Shown in pieces: positions 20,337-30,040 of a DNA stretch of 64,000 nucleotides (position 1 is its first letter; each line of letters opens with the position of its first letter). This DNA is from an uncultured Spirochaetota bacterium (GTDB lineage Bacteria > Spirochaetota > Spirochaetia > SZUA-6 > Fen-1364): contig CAWGAA010000003.1 in NCBI GenBank assembly GCA_963820525.1, forward strand, positions 1-64,000, written 5' to 3'. The notes beneath the pieces were generated by a model, which was not told the origin of the DNA, made no database searches, and saw only the letters and a list, made by a program, of their open reading frames with translations. Both the position numbers and the translations under genes were made by a program.

Positions 20337-21272
20337 CTACCGGCCCCTGCCGGTCCACCGCCTGTTGAAGAGCCAGAACACCATCATGATGAGAGCTGAG
20401 GAGGCTACCGAGATGCCCAGAATCAGCCAGAACGAGAAGGGCAGGTGGGCCACGGGGATCATGACGTTCATGGAGAACACGCTCACCACGAACGTGGGAA
20501 CCATGATTGATATGGTGATGATGTTGAGCGTCTTCATGAGGACGTTGAGGTTGTTGTTGACGACGGAAACGCGCGCGTCCATGAGGCTCGCGAAGATGTT
20601 GGAGAAGATCTCGGCCTGCTTGGAGCACTGGTTGTTCTCGATGATGAGGTCGTCCAGGTACTCGAGGGCCTCCTGGGTGAAGCCGAGCTTGAGCGCGATG
20701 GACTTGAGCTTGTCGATCACCACGCCGTTGGAGTGTATCGCGTTGTGGTAGTAGACCATCCCCTTTTCCAGGCTGAAGAGGTTGATGAGGTGGCGGTTCT
20801 CCATGGCCGTGACGATCTTCGACTCCAGGGAATCGCCGATGGAGTTGATGATCTTGAGGTGCTCGATGTAGTGCAGGGTGGTTCTATAGAGGATCCGCAG
20901 CAGGAGGTCCTGCAGGGTCATGATCTTCTGGACGTGTTTTCCCTCGAGCGGCAGCAGGTCTTCCTGGCCAACGATCACGAGTTTGTCCACGAAGAGGAAC
21001 AATCCCATGGAGGCGACCTTGAAAACGAACTTGTCCGCCGCGGAGTAGTTCTTCGGCCTCTTCACGATCATGGCTATGTGCTCCGGCTCGAGCTCCAGGC
21101 GCGAAAGCTCGTCCGGGTCGAGGGCGGAGGCGAGGGTATGCTCGTCCAGCTTCAGATCGTTCACCAGGTATCTCTTCTCCGCCTCGTCGGGATTCGTGTA
21201 CATGAGGATGTTGCACCCGTTTCCCTCGCCACTGCAGAACTTGCCGTCACGGATCTCGTAGGTCTTCAGCAT
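20337..21272 (-). CDS. corA: CorA-family divalent cation transporter
   Basis: NNLNVLMKTL, two C-terminal TM helices, FSMNV (variant of the GMN motif). Confidence 0.88.
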   Translation of the reverse strand: MLKTYEIRDGKFCSGEGNGCNILMYTNPDEAEKRYLVNDLKLDEHTLASALDPDELSRLELEPEHIAMIVKRPKNYSAADKFVFKVASMGLFLFVDKLVIVGQEDLLPLEGKHVQKIMTLQDLLLRILYRTTLHYIEHLKIINSIGDSLESKIVTAMENRHLINLFSLEKGMVYYHNAIHSNGVVIDKLKSIALKLGFTQEALEYLDDLIIENNQCSKQAEIFSNIFASLMDARVSVVNNNLNVLMKTLNIITISIMVPTFVVSVFSMNVMIPVAHLPFSFWLILGISVASSALIMMVFWLFNRRWTGRGR

Positions 21273-23089
21273 AACGCGTCTCCTTCCAGAATCTGGAGCG
21301 CTTCGGCCCCCCGCTCGCGCTCCCAGCGGAACTGCCGGGTAAAGAGTCCGTAGTACAGGCCCCGCGCGCGGATGAGATCCGCGTGGGTGCCCATCTCGGA
21401 GATCCTTCCCCCCTCGATAACGACGATCCTGTCGGCCCGTTTGATCGTCGAAAGACGATGGGCGATGATGAAGCTGGTGCGGCCCTCCATGAGGGTCTCC
21501 ATGCCTTTCTGGATGAGGCTCTCCGTGAGGGTATCCACGGAACTGGTGGCCTCGTCCATGATGAAGATCTCGGGCCGGGCCAGTATCGCTCGCGCGAGGC
21601 TCACCAGCTGCTTCTGGCCGACGGAGAGCCTGCCGCCGCCCTCCCCCACCTCCGTCTCGTATCCACGCTCGAGCTTCGCGATGAAATCGCGGGCCCCGGC
21701 CAGGCGCGCGGCCTCTTGGACATCGGAATCCGAGGCCTCCAGTCTTCCATAGCGGATGTTCTCGAACACGGTCCCCGAGAAAAGGTGCGGCGTCTGAAGA
21801 ACCATCCCGATCCTGGATTGAATGGCGTTGAGGGACAGCGCCAGGTAGTTCCTTCCGCCAAAGCTGATAGTCCCGCGCGCCGGCTCGTAGAAACGGCAGA
21901 GGAGGTTGACGATGGTGGTCTTGCCCCCGCCCGTGGGCCCCACCAGCGCTATGGTCTCCCCGTCCCGCACCTTCAGGCTGAAGCCGGAGAGAACGGGTTT
22001 TCCCGACTCGTAGGCGAAGTCGACGTTATCGAACTCGATGTCGCCCTTGATGCTTCCCGGATCGATGGAGCCCTGCCTGTCCCTGATCTGCGCCGTCGCA
22101 TCGATGAGGGAGAAGCTCCGCTCGGCCGACGCGATTGAATGCTGCATGTCGGCATAGACGCGCGCCAGGTCCTGGATGGGCCACATCATGAAGGTGACAT
22201 AGCCGAGAAATGCCTGGATTCCTCCCACCGTCATGGCTCCGAGCTGGGCCTCGCGGCCGCCGAACCACACGATGGCGCCGACGGCGCACGCCGTGATGAT
22301 CTGCACGACGGGAAGAAAGAGGGCTGAAAGCCACGCCGCGCGGAAACCCGCCGCATACATGTCGGCGGTGAGCCGGGAGAACTCCTGGAGGTTTCTCTCC
22401 TCGCGGCAGAGGGCCTTCACGACGCGCACCCCGGTGATGTTCTCGTTGTAGGAGGCCGTGATCTTTGAATTGAGCCGCCTCACCTTGCGGAACTCCCCGA
22501 TGATCCTGCCCTTGAAGCGTATAGCCACCAGGATCAGAACGGGGATGGCGCCGAAGACGAGAGCGGCGAGCCTCGCGTTGATCACGAACATGAAAATGGA
22601 GGCCGAGACGATATTGGAGATCGCCCAGCAGACGTCGATCATCCCCCAGGTGATGAGCCCGGAGATCCTCCCGGAATCCGAAGTGACGCGCGCCATGATC
22701 CATCCCACGGGCGTCCTGTCGAAGTAGGAGAAGGAGAGCTCCTGCAGGTGGTCGAACATCTTCTTTCGAAGGTCGTACTGCACCCGCTCCCCCAGGGTCC
22801 CGGCGAAGAAGATCATGCCGAATACCGATACGGCCTGGGCCAAAATCACGCCGGCGAAAACGGCCGCAATGGCGGCGAGCCTGGCCGGGTCGTGGCGGGA
22901 GATGGCCTCGTCGATGATCCTCTTGTTGAGGAAGGTGAGAAACGAATCCGCCGCCGCCACCGATGCGATCAGCAGGAGAAACGTCAGGACCCGGGGCCAG
23001 TGCCTGCGAAGCTCCCCTACCATGCGAAGCAGGGTCCTGCCGTTGAAGGAGCTTGAAAACTCTTCTTCCTCGCGCAGCCGCTCAGACAC
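21266..23089 (-). CDS. ABC exporter, fused TMD-NBD (heterodimer subunit)
   Basis: GPTGGGKT, LSVGQKQ, MDEATS and AHRLST. Confidence 0.93.
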   Translation of the reverse strand: MSERLREEEEFSSSFNGRTLLRMVGELRRHWPRVLTFLLLIASVAAADSFLTFLNKRIIDEAISRHDPARLAAIAAVFAGVILAQAVSVFGMIFFAGTLGERVQYDLRKKMFDHLQELSFSYFDRTPVGWIMARVTSDSGRISGLITWGMIDVCWAISNIVSASIFMFVINARLAALVFGAIPVLILVAIRFKGRIIGEFRKVRRLNSKITASYNENITGVRVVKALCREERNLQEFSRLTADMYAAGFRAAWLSALFLPVVQIITACAVGAIVWFGGREAQLGAMTVGGIQAFLGYVTFMMWPIQDLARVYADMQHSIASAERSFSLIDATAQIRDRQGSIDPGSIKGDIEFDNVDFAYESGKPVLSGFSLKVRDGETIALVGPTGGGKTTIVNLLCRFYEPARGTISFGGRNYLALSLNAIQSRIGMVLQTPHLFSGTVFENIRYGRLEASDSDVQEAARLAGARDFIAKLERGYETEVGEGGGRLSVGQKQLVSLARAILARPEIFIMDEATSSVDTLTESLIQKGMETLMEGRTSFIIAHRLSTIKRADRIVVIEGGRISEMGTHADLIRARGLYYGLFTRQFRWERERGAEALQILEGDALC

Positions 23090-24869
23090 GGGCTATCTCC
23101 TCCTCAAGCTCGGATTCGATCCTGGTTTGAAGATCGAATATCTTTCTGTACATTCCCCCGCCGGCAAGAAGCTCGGCGTGGGTGCCGCGCTCCACGATCC
23201 GGCCGGAGTCGAACACGAGGACCAGGTCCGCCTTCATGAGGCTCTGGATCCTGTGGGCGATGACGAAGCTCGAGCGGCCCTTCATAAGCCGCTCCAGGGC
23301 GGAGCGGATGGCGGCTTCCGTCTCCGTGTCCACCGACGAGGTGGAGTCGTCGAGGATGAGGATGGCCGGGTCTTTCAGGATGGTGCGCGCGATCGCGACC
23401 CTCTGCTTCTGCCCGCCGGAGAGGGTCACCCCCTTCTCCCCCACCAGGGTCTCATAGCCGTCGGGAAAACCCATGATGACGTCGTGCATGGCGGCCGCCC
23501 GCGCCGCCTTCTCCACGGCATCCTGCCGGAGATCGCCTGAAACTCCGTAGGTGATGTTCTCCCTGATGGTGCGGGAGAACAAAAGCGGCTCCTGCTCCAC
23601 TATCCCGATCTGCCGGCGCAGGGAGTGCCGCTCGTAGAGGTTGAGCTCCCTGCCGTCCAGGAGGATGTGCCCCCCCACGTAGTCGTAGAAGCGGGGGATG
23701 AGGTTCACGAGGCTCGTCTTTCCCGAGCCTGTGGATCCCAGAAGCGCTATGGACATCCCCGGCTCGCAGCGGAAGCTGATCCCGGTGAGTATCGGCCGTG
23801 CCGCGTCATAGCCGAAGCTCACGTCGCGGAAGTCGAGCTCGCCGCGCAGCCGCCCCGTGGGCTGAAACCCGTGAGCGATAGGCTCCTGATGCTCTTTCAG
23901 GACGGTGGTGACCCGCTCGTAGGAGACAAGCGCGCTTGAGATGTCCACGATCAGCCTACCCAAAAACCGGATGGGCCAGATCAGCTGGGCGATCATTGCC
24001 ACGAAGGCGATGTACGTTCCCAGGGTGATCGTCCCGGAGATTGCGAGCATTGCGCCGAAGGAGAATCCGCCCAGCATCTGGAAGCCGCACACGAGGTCGG
24101 TGAGGGGCCAGAAAAAAGCGTTCAACAGGACGAGCTTTCTCCCCCGCCTGAACTTTTCCCGATTCACCTTCTCGAAGCGCTCCATTTCGAAACCTTGACG
24201 CGCGAAGGCCCTCACCACGCGGGCTCCGGTGAGGTTCTCCTGAAGCGTGGTCGAAAGGAGGGCTTCCTGTTCCTGGTAGCGCTCGTAGCGCTTCGATATC
24301 GAGCGGAAGAACAGGACTGAAATGACGAGGACAAGCGGGATCACCGCCACGGAGACAAGGGCGAGCCGCGAGCTTAAGGTGAAAAGAGCGCTGAAGTTGA
24401 CGATGAACAGCAGGACCACCCTGCCGAATCCGATGGCCTGGTCCGCGTAGAACTTGCGCACGGCATCCATGTCTGAGGTGGCCCGTTCGATGAGATCTCC
24501 CGTCGGTGTCCTGTCATAGTACGAGAAGGGCAGCTTCTGGACATGGTCGAAGAAGCTGTTCCTGAGGCGTCGCGCAATCCCTTCGGCCGTCTGGGAGGAA
24601 AATCGACCGGAGAGGAATGAAAACGATCCCTGGAACAAGGCAAGCCCCAAAAAGCCGGCGGCCGTCCAGATGATGAGAGCGGGCGCGCGCCCGGGAAGGA
24701 TTGCATCGACAAAATACCGCAAGAGCAGATAGGTGCCGGTCTGCAAAACCGCCGCGATCCCCGTGCTCAATGCCGCCGCCAGATACTTGAGACGGTACCC
24801 GGCCATGAGGCGCAGCAGCCCCCGGAGTCGGTTTTTGGAGATGGCGGTGCGCGGGTCAAAGGCTTTCAC
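23082..24869 (-). CDS. ABC exporter, fused TMD-NBD (heterodimer subunit, degenerate Walker B)
   Basis: GSTGSGKT, LSGGQKQR and LDDSTS. Confidence 0.93.
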   Translation of the reverse strand: MKAFDPRTAISKNRLRGLLRLMAGYRLKYLAAALSTGIAAVLQTGTYLLLRYFVDAILPGRAPALIIWTAAGFLGLALFQGSFSFLSGRFSSQTAEGIARRLRNSFFDHVQKLPFSYYDRTPTGDLIERATSDMDAVRKFYADQAIGFGRVVLLFIVNFSALFTLSSRLALVSVAVIPLVLVISVLFFRSISKRYERYQEQEALLSTTLQENLTGARVVRAFARQGFEMERFEKVNREKFRRGRKLVLLNAFFWPLTDLVCGFQMLGGFSFGAMLAISGTITLGTYIAFVAMIAQLIWPIRFLGRLIVDISSALVSYERVTTVLKEHQEPIAHGFQPTGRLRGELDFRDVSFGYDAARPILTGISFRCEPGMSIALLGSTGSGKTSLVNLIPRFYDYVGGHILLDGRELNLYERHSLRRQIGIVEQEPLLFSRTIRENITYGVSGDLRQDAVEKAARAAAMHDVIMGFPDGYETLVGEKGVTLSGGQKQRVAIARTILKDPAILILDDSTSSVDTETEAAIRSALERLMKGRSSFVIAHRIQSLMKADLVLVFDSGRIVERGTHAELLAGGGMYRKIFDLQTRIESELEEEIARV

Positions 24870-25084
24870 TGTGGCGTTCCTCCGAAAATGGCGCCGGGAA
24901 AAAAACGGCGACGCTCGCCCCGAACTCGAGACGAAAGGGCTGATCCCTTCGTGAAAGTGTTTTTCTTAAAGGAAGCGAAAAAGGGCCCGAGAGTCAAGCC
25001 GGACATGGGCCATGGAGGGCAGGTCCCCGGAGGCGCCGGGCCCCGAAGGCGCGGGGCTTTGAAGGCGCCGGGCCCCGATCATCC

Positions 25085-26455
25085 TCAGCGCGCGAAGGCC
25101 CCCTGGAGAAAGCCGCTCAGCTCATCACCGAGCTGGAACCGATCCGCTGCCAGCACCAGGACCGGCAGATTGGCCTTCCATTTCGGGTCCCACGTTATTT
25201 TTATTGGCGGCCGGGCCTTGCCATCGGACTCAATGCGGGAGAGATACAGCGCGGTGAGGCCGCTCTTATCGCGCTTGGATGAAAAAACCAGCCACCGGCT
25301 GTCCGAAGACCAGGCATGCCAGGAGTCCATTGCATCATCCCTGTTGCATTCGAGCCTGCGCATCGTGCCGGTTTCAATGGAAAAAAGCCAGATATCGGAG
25401 GATTGACGGGCGAAATAGCTTTTCGATGCGTCGCCCGAAACAAAGGAAATCCATTTCCCGTCCGGCGAGAATCGGGGAAAATAGCAGAAGTCGGACGGCG
25501 GCATGGCCAAAAGCGGCTTTGCCTCGCCTCCCTTTCCATTATTTACGGCGACGGTGAAGATGGAGACGGGATTCAGATGGATTGCGCCGGGAGAGGGAAC
25601 GTATCTGCAGAATACAAGCGTTTTTCCATCCGGGCTCCACGACGGCGAGTCTTCCACGAAAGCCGGATCCGAGGCCCCGGGAAGAAGCTCCAGGCTCGAT
25701 GAGCTGATGTCGAAAAGCGCAATGTCTCCCTCCGTATAGACCATATCGAAAGGCTCCACGATGGTTGATTTCACCTTTATGAGAGAGCGCGTATGCGCAG
25801 CCATCGCGATCGTCTTTCTGTCCGGGGAAAGGCTCACGAAAGAAAACTCTCCGAGCTTGACATCGGTGAAAGGAGTCTCGCCGTCTTTTCGCGCGGATGC
25901 GATGAGCCGCCTGTCCTGGCCTCGGCGGGCGTTCAGCGCGGCCGCATCGCCGTGGTAGGAGTGGCATCCGACGCACAACGATCCGACGGCGGGAAAGCCG
26001 CCGGGCTGCTCGTCGTCGAGGCGGAAGTGCTTTATCACGGCGTCCTGGTCGGGATTGAACAACGGCTCGACCATCCTGTAGATGATGGTGTCGTCGATCC
26101 TTCCCACATCTATCTTCACCTGGACGGCGTCGCTGACCCGGCCTGTGGCGCCATCCCGGCTGACCACGAAGGCTACCGCGGGGTATTTCAGGAAGGGCGC
26201 GAACTGCTCCCCACTCAGCACGAGCCGCCGATCGGTTGCTGCAAGCGCGAGCCTTTCGTTTCCGGCTGTGATCGTGACGGCGTATTGGGTCCCGGGTGGC
26301 GCATCATCATCCCATTCAAGGAGGGGGTGAAACCAGTTCGCCGGCGCCACCGCCCCGTCCGAGATACTCGTGATGGCGAGCGCCGTATCGTCGGCGGCTG
26401 CCGGAGGCAGAGGGGCGAGAGCGAGCACGGCGAGAAAAGCAAGCGCCCATGTCAT
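25085..26455 (-). CDS. Secreted TolB-like (PD40 repeat) beta-propeller protein with a CxxCH motif
   Basis: Signal peptide, CVGCHS, and SPSWSPDGK / PRFSPDGK / WSSDSRW repeats. Confidence 0.8.
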   Translation of the reverse strand: MTWALAFLAVLALAPLPPAAADDTALAITSISDGAVAPANWFHPLLEWDDDAPPGTQYAVTITAGNERLALAATDRRLVLSGEQFAPFLKYPAVAFVVSRDGATGRVSDAVQVKIDVGRIDDTIIYRMVEPLFNPDQDAVIKHFRLDDEQPGGFPAVGSLCVGCHSYHGDAAALNARRGQDRRLIASARKDGETPFTDVKLGEFSFVSLSPDRKTIAMAAHTRSLIKVKSTIVEPFDMVYTEGDIALFDISSSSLELLPGASDPAFVEDSPSWSPDGKTLVFCRYVPSPGAIHLNPVSIFTVAVNNGKGGEAKPLLAMPPSDFCYFPRFSPDGKWISFVSGDASKSYFARQSSDIWLFSIETGTMRRLECNRDDAMDSWHAWSSDSRWLVFSSKRDKSGLTALYLSRIESDGKARPPIKITWDPKWKANLPVLVLAADRFQLGDELSGFLQGAFAR

Positions 26456-26456
26456 T

Positions 26457-28016
26457 CTAGCAACCTTCGCCGATATACGCAGCTTCTTCCTGGCGATATC
26501 TCTCCAGATCGAACTTGTAGGACTCTATCAGCGTATCGATAAGGGACTGCAGATCGGCCGCCTCGTATTCCTCGAGAGAGGTGAAACCGTGCCCGAGCTC
26601 CGCCGACTCGTCTCCCGCGATATTCACCTCGCCCAGCTTCACGAAGTAGAAGTTCCCCTGGAGGTCGCAGGCTAACTTCGCATCGGTGACGTTTCTCATG
26701 TCCTGGACGCGCCGAAAAAGCTCTTCACCTTCCAGAAGCGAGTAGTTTCGAAGCTCCTGGCTGTTGATCGCCACGCCGGCGGGGAAGCGGCTCAGGGTTC
26801 GAGGGTTCAGGTCGAATTTCGCCTTGTACCAGGGGCAGGCGCGGAATATCGGTCCGACCTTGGGGTCGATGAACCGCGCGCCGTTTCTTGCATGGATTTC
26901 CTTTCGAAGGAGAAGATACCAGTCGAGACCCAATGAGTTCACCGCGTCCGCCAGGTAGCTTGGCGTCGCCATATCCGAATGGTTGAGCTGGATCTTGTCC
27001 AGGTACCCCGCGTATCTCTTGTTGCTGAAGTACAGGATGATTTTCTTTCGAGGGTCAGCCTCGGCCTTGATCGCTTCAATGGTCTTCGCATCCACCAGGG
27101 TTTCGACGTCCGTCACGTGACGGTCAAGCCCTTTGCCCTTCTCCTCCATTGCGGTCCATGCATCAGGCCATGAGAACCGGTAGGTTTCCCCCGCGACTTC
27201 CACGTCCTTGATGAAAAGGGCGTTGAAGCCCAGAACGGGAATCGATGTGACTCCCGTGGGAAGGGAAAACTTCACGGACTCGATGATTTCAACCCACTCA
27301 CGCTCTCGAAGGAGGGCAAGGTTGACACGCTCGCGGGTGGTCATGTCCTTGGCTGCGCGGGACTCGTCCGCGGATACGGGCTTATACCAAGCAGTGCCGC
27401 TGAATATCTTCTTGAGCAGGCCTTCTGAAAAGGCAAGCCCATGGCGGGCGAAGATCTCGTTCCGGAAGAGGCGGGCTGGATTGAGGTAGAGATGATTCAA
27501 GGCAAGCTGGACGTTCAAGGGAACCTCGAGCGTCGCCTCGCCGTATGGAGCGGAAGTGGCGTACAGTCGATCCGGCTTGTATTGGCGAGCGTTCATGAAC
27601 GCCGAGACTACGGTAAAGTCGTACTCATCTTCGATCTTTTTAATCCAGTTGACGTTCCTCACTTCCATCGGAGTAAGGGCGTTGAGGCCCACGGCCGGGT
27701 CCTGCTTGTACCACGGAATCTTTGAGTATATGGCAAGAAGGACCGGGGTCTTGAAGATGTATCCGTGGCGGGCGTACATCTCGTTCCTGATAATGGTCAT
27801 GTGGCTCACTCCCAGATCTCCCAATGCTTCCATCACGCGGTCGGGAGCCGTGAGATCCGCCTCCGTATATGCCCTCTTTGCCCCCTCGTAGCTCTTGCTG
27901 GTGAGCCAGTCCGTGATGGACTTGGAGATGACGTACTGCTGGGCCGCGGCGGGAAGCGCAATGCTGAACAGAAATGCCGCCGAAAGAACTGACATGCCGG
28001 TACGTTTCATTCTCAT
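26457..28016 (-). CDS. Secreted protein with three YARHG-like domains
   Basis: RNEMYARHGYIF, RNEIFARHGLAF and RKEIHARNGARF, each followed by WYK and ExxN; signal peptide. Confidence 0.85.
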   Translation of the reverse strand: MRMKRTGMSVLSAAFLFSIALPAAAQQYVISKSITDWLTSKSYEGAKRAYTEADLTAPDRVMEALGDLGVSHMTIIRNEMYARHGYIFKTPVLLAIYSKIPWYKQDPAVGLNALTPMEVRNVNWIKKIEDEYDFTVVSAFMNARQYKPDRLYATSAPYGEATLEVPLNVQLALNHLYLNPARLFRNEIFARHGLAFSEGLLKKIFSGTAWYKPVSADESRAAKDMTTRERVNLALLREREWVEIIESVKFSLPTGVTSIPVLGFNALFIKDVEVAGETYRFSWPDAWTAMEEKGKGLDRHVTDVETLVDAKTIEAIKAEADPRKKIILYFSNKRYAGYLDKIQLNHSDMATPSYLADAVNSLGLDWYLLLRKEIHARNGARFIDPKVGPIFRACPWYKAKFDLNPRTLSRFPAGVAINSQELRNYSLLEGEELFRRVQDMRNVTDAKLACDLQGNFYFVKLGEVNIAGDESAELGHGFTSLEEYEAADLQSLIDTLIESYKFDLERYRQEEAAYIGEGC

Positions 28017-28027
28017 TCTCCTTTCTC

Positions 28028-28744
28028 TTATTCCTTGAGCGAGAGAGCGTAGCGGGCGGCGAGCATCTGACGCAGACGCTTCATAAAAGCATCACCGGGG
28101 TCGATTTTATCAGTCGGCTTATACGATGGATCTTTCTCGAGATAGAGGGCGAAATGGGGCAGGTCCTTCTTCATGTACTCGTGGTGCCCGATCAGGTACT
28201 CGATTGATGGATGCCGGGAAGCTATCCATGCGCACAGGGCGGCGCAGGATGAAAGCTCGGCATCCGTCAGCTCTTTTTCGTTTTTCGCGACCATTTCAAT
28301 ACCGATGGCACACCAGTTGAAGCCGATGGTGTGCCTGCCGATCACATTCTCCGGCTGAAGGCGGTAGACGGTCCCGTCTTTTGCGATTACGTAATGAATA
28401 CCAACGTTCACGTCTCCGTGCCCGGCTATATCCGTACGGCCTTTTGGAAGGACATCGGGCTTGAACGTGGCAAGACTGTCCGTCAGGCCCGACATCGCGG
28501 TGAAATGGACAACGATCATCTTCGGATCGGCAAGCTCGGTGGATTCGATTCCGAAGTGAACCCTGGCGTATTCCTTGAGAAGCTCCATGCGCTTCTCCGT
28601 GAGCACGGGGTACTCGCGGAGGGCGGGAGGGTCCACCGGAGGCCGGTCCGCGCTCTGGGCCGTGAGGATCCCCACCACCGAGAGCGCGAGCGCCATGACA
28701 AGGCCGGCGCGTATGTATCTCGTATGTCTTATCGTCATCTCCAC
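28028..28744 (-). CDS. N-acetylmuramoyl-L-alanine amidase (Amidase_2/PGRP type), exported
   Basis: IVVHFT, IHYVI, HTIGFN..IGIE, LIGHHE and KIDPG. Confidence 0.88.
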   Translation of the reverse strand: MEMTIRHTRYIRAGLVMALALSVVGILTAQSADRPPVDPPALREYPVLTEKRMELLKEYARVHFGIESTELADPKMIVVHFTAMSGLTDSLATFKPDVLPKGRTDIAGHGDVNVGIHYVIAKDGTVYRLQPENVIGRHTIGFNWCAIGIEMVAKNEKELTDAELSSCAALCAWIASRHPSIEYLIGHHEYMKKDLPHFALYLEKDPSYKPTDKIDPGDAFMKRLRQMLAARYALSLKE

Positions 28745-28793
28745 CTGGCCTCGTTCACTACTGCTGTAAATTCTTCCGAGGTTTATCCAGTTT

Positions 28794-29897
28794 CTATTCC
28801 GCGTTCTCGACAGTTATCTCGACCCGGCGATTGGCCTGCTGCTTGCTCAAGGGGACATCTTTTATCACCGGTTCCGTCGCCCCTTTCCCCACGACTTTCA
28901 CGGAAAGCTCCGTCGCGCCGGGATTTTTCAAAAGGTAATTCTTCACGGCGAGCGCGCGCTCATTGCTCAAGTTCATTTGGGCGTTGGGCATTCCGACGTC
29001 GGCGGTGTGGCCGGTCGCGGTCAGGTCTATTGTTTTCAAGCCTTCCATTCCCTTGAGGATATTATCCAGCTTTCGCTCTTCCCCCGGGAACCATGCATCC
29101 TGGTTGGGTATGAAAAGCAGGGGCGTGTTGTCCTTCACTGTTTGCATAAACTGGCGGGCTAAGGCGGCTTCGGGCGTTTCCGCGTTCTCCACGGGCGCAA
29201 CGGACGGCTCTCTGGACGTTGTTTGCGCCGGCGGTTTGAACAAGAAAATAAAGAAAATCAGCGCGGCAATGGCAGCTGCTCCAAATACTATGATGAGGAG
29301 GGGAAAGAACCGCTTCTTTTCCGGTTTTGATCTAGTGGTCTGCGCCTGCATAGAGATCGTTTGTTGAGGGGGAGGAGGCGCCGACGGCGGTTCATGCGGT
29401 CGGGGTGGCGGCGGCGGCGGTGCAGATGGCCGCTTAGGCGAGGAAGGCGGTGGTGATACCGAAAGCCGTGTTGGTTGAGGAGGAGGCGCTTGTACCGTGG
29501 GCTGTACGGGCGGAGGAGGTGGCGGCGGTGCCGATGGTTGTTTGGGTGGAGGAGGTGGAGGTGGTGCTGATGGCTGCTTTTGTGAAGGTGGAGCCCATCC
29601 TCTGACCACCGTATAGTGATGCTCCTCTTCTTCCTGATCCTTGAACACAGTGGTCGGGCCGGCAGTCTTGTCCCTGTCCGTCAAAAGCCGTTTGACGCCG
29701 CAGGCATCCGCGTATTGGTAAAACTGCTCCAGATTGTGGGGCGCCCAGGCCGGATCCGCCTTGAAATCCTTTATCCTACCGGCCAGGATTTCGCGGTTGG
29801 AGAGGGTATCGGCTTTCCTCCATTTGTCCAGAACATTATTAAGCGCCTGCTCATCCATGGGGATTTGATTTCTGTCATCGCTCGCGTCTGTCGGCAT
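28794..29897 (-). CDS. Single-pass membrane protein with Pro-rich linker and C-terminal OmpA-like domain
   Basis: TM segment FFPLLIIVFGAAAIAALIFFIFLF, then GHTA, LSNERALAVKNYL and NRRVEI. Confidence 0.88.
   Translation of the reverse strand: MPTDASDDRNQIPMDEQALNNVLDKWRKADTLSNREILAGRIKDFKADPAWAPHNLEQFYQYADACGVKRLLTDRDKTAGPTTVFKDQEEEEHHYTVVRGWAPPSQKQPSAPPPPPPPKQPSAPPPPPPPVQPTVQAPPPQPTRLSVSPPPSSPKRPSAPPPPPPRPHEPPSAPPPPQQTISMQAQTTRSKPEKKRFFPLLIIVFGAAAIAALIFFIFLFKPPAQTTSREPSVAPVENAETPEAALARQFMQTVKDNTPLLFIPNQDAWFPGEERKLDNILKGMEGLKTIDLTATGHTADVGMPNAQMNLSNERALAVKNYLLKNPGATELSVKVVGKGATEPVIKDVPLSKQQANRRVEITVENAE
29365..29590 (-). repeat. Imperfect tandem (K/R)QPSAPPPPPPP-type coding repeats
   Basis: Four PSAPPPP units within the OmpA-protein linker. 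Confidence 0.85.
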
Positions 29898-30040
29898 GAG
29901 CTGCTCCTTGTTTATTGCTCCTCACATTCTTGAAAAAAGAGTAATCCAAGTTGGTTCCTCACGCAAGCGAACAGCCGGAGCAAGCCGACCCGGGTAGTAA
30001 TAATGCTTTTTTCTGCTATTATTGAAACGGAGGCGATGAT

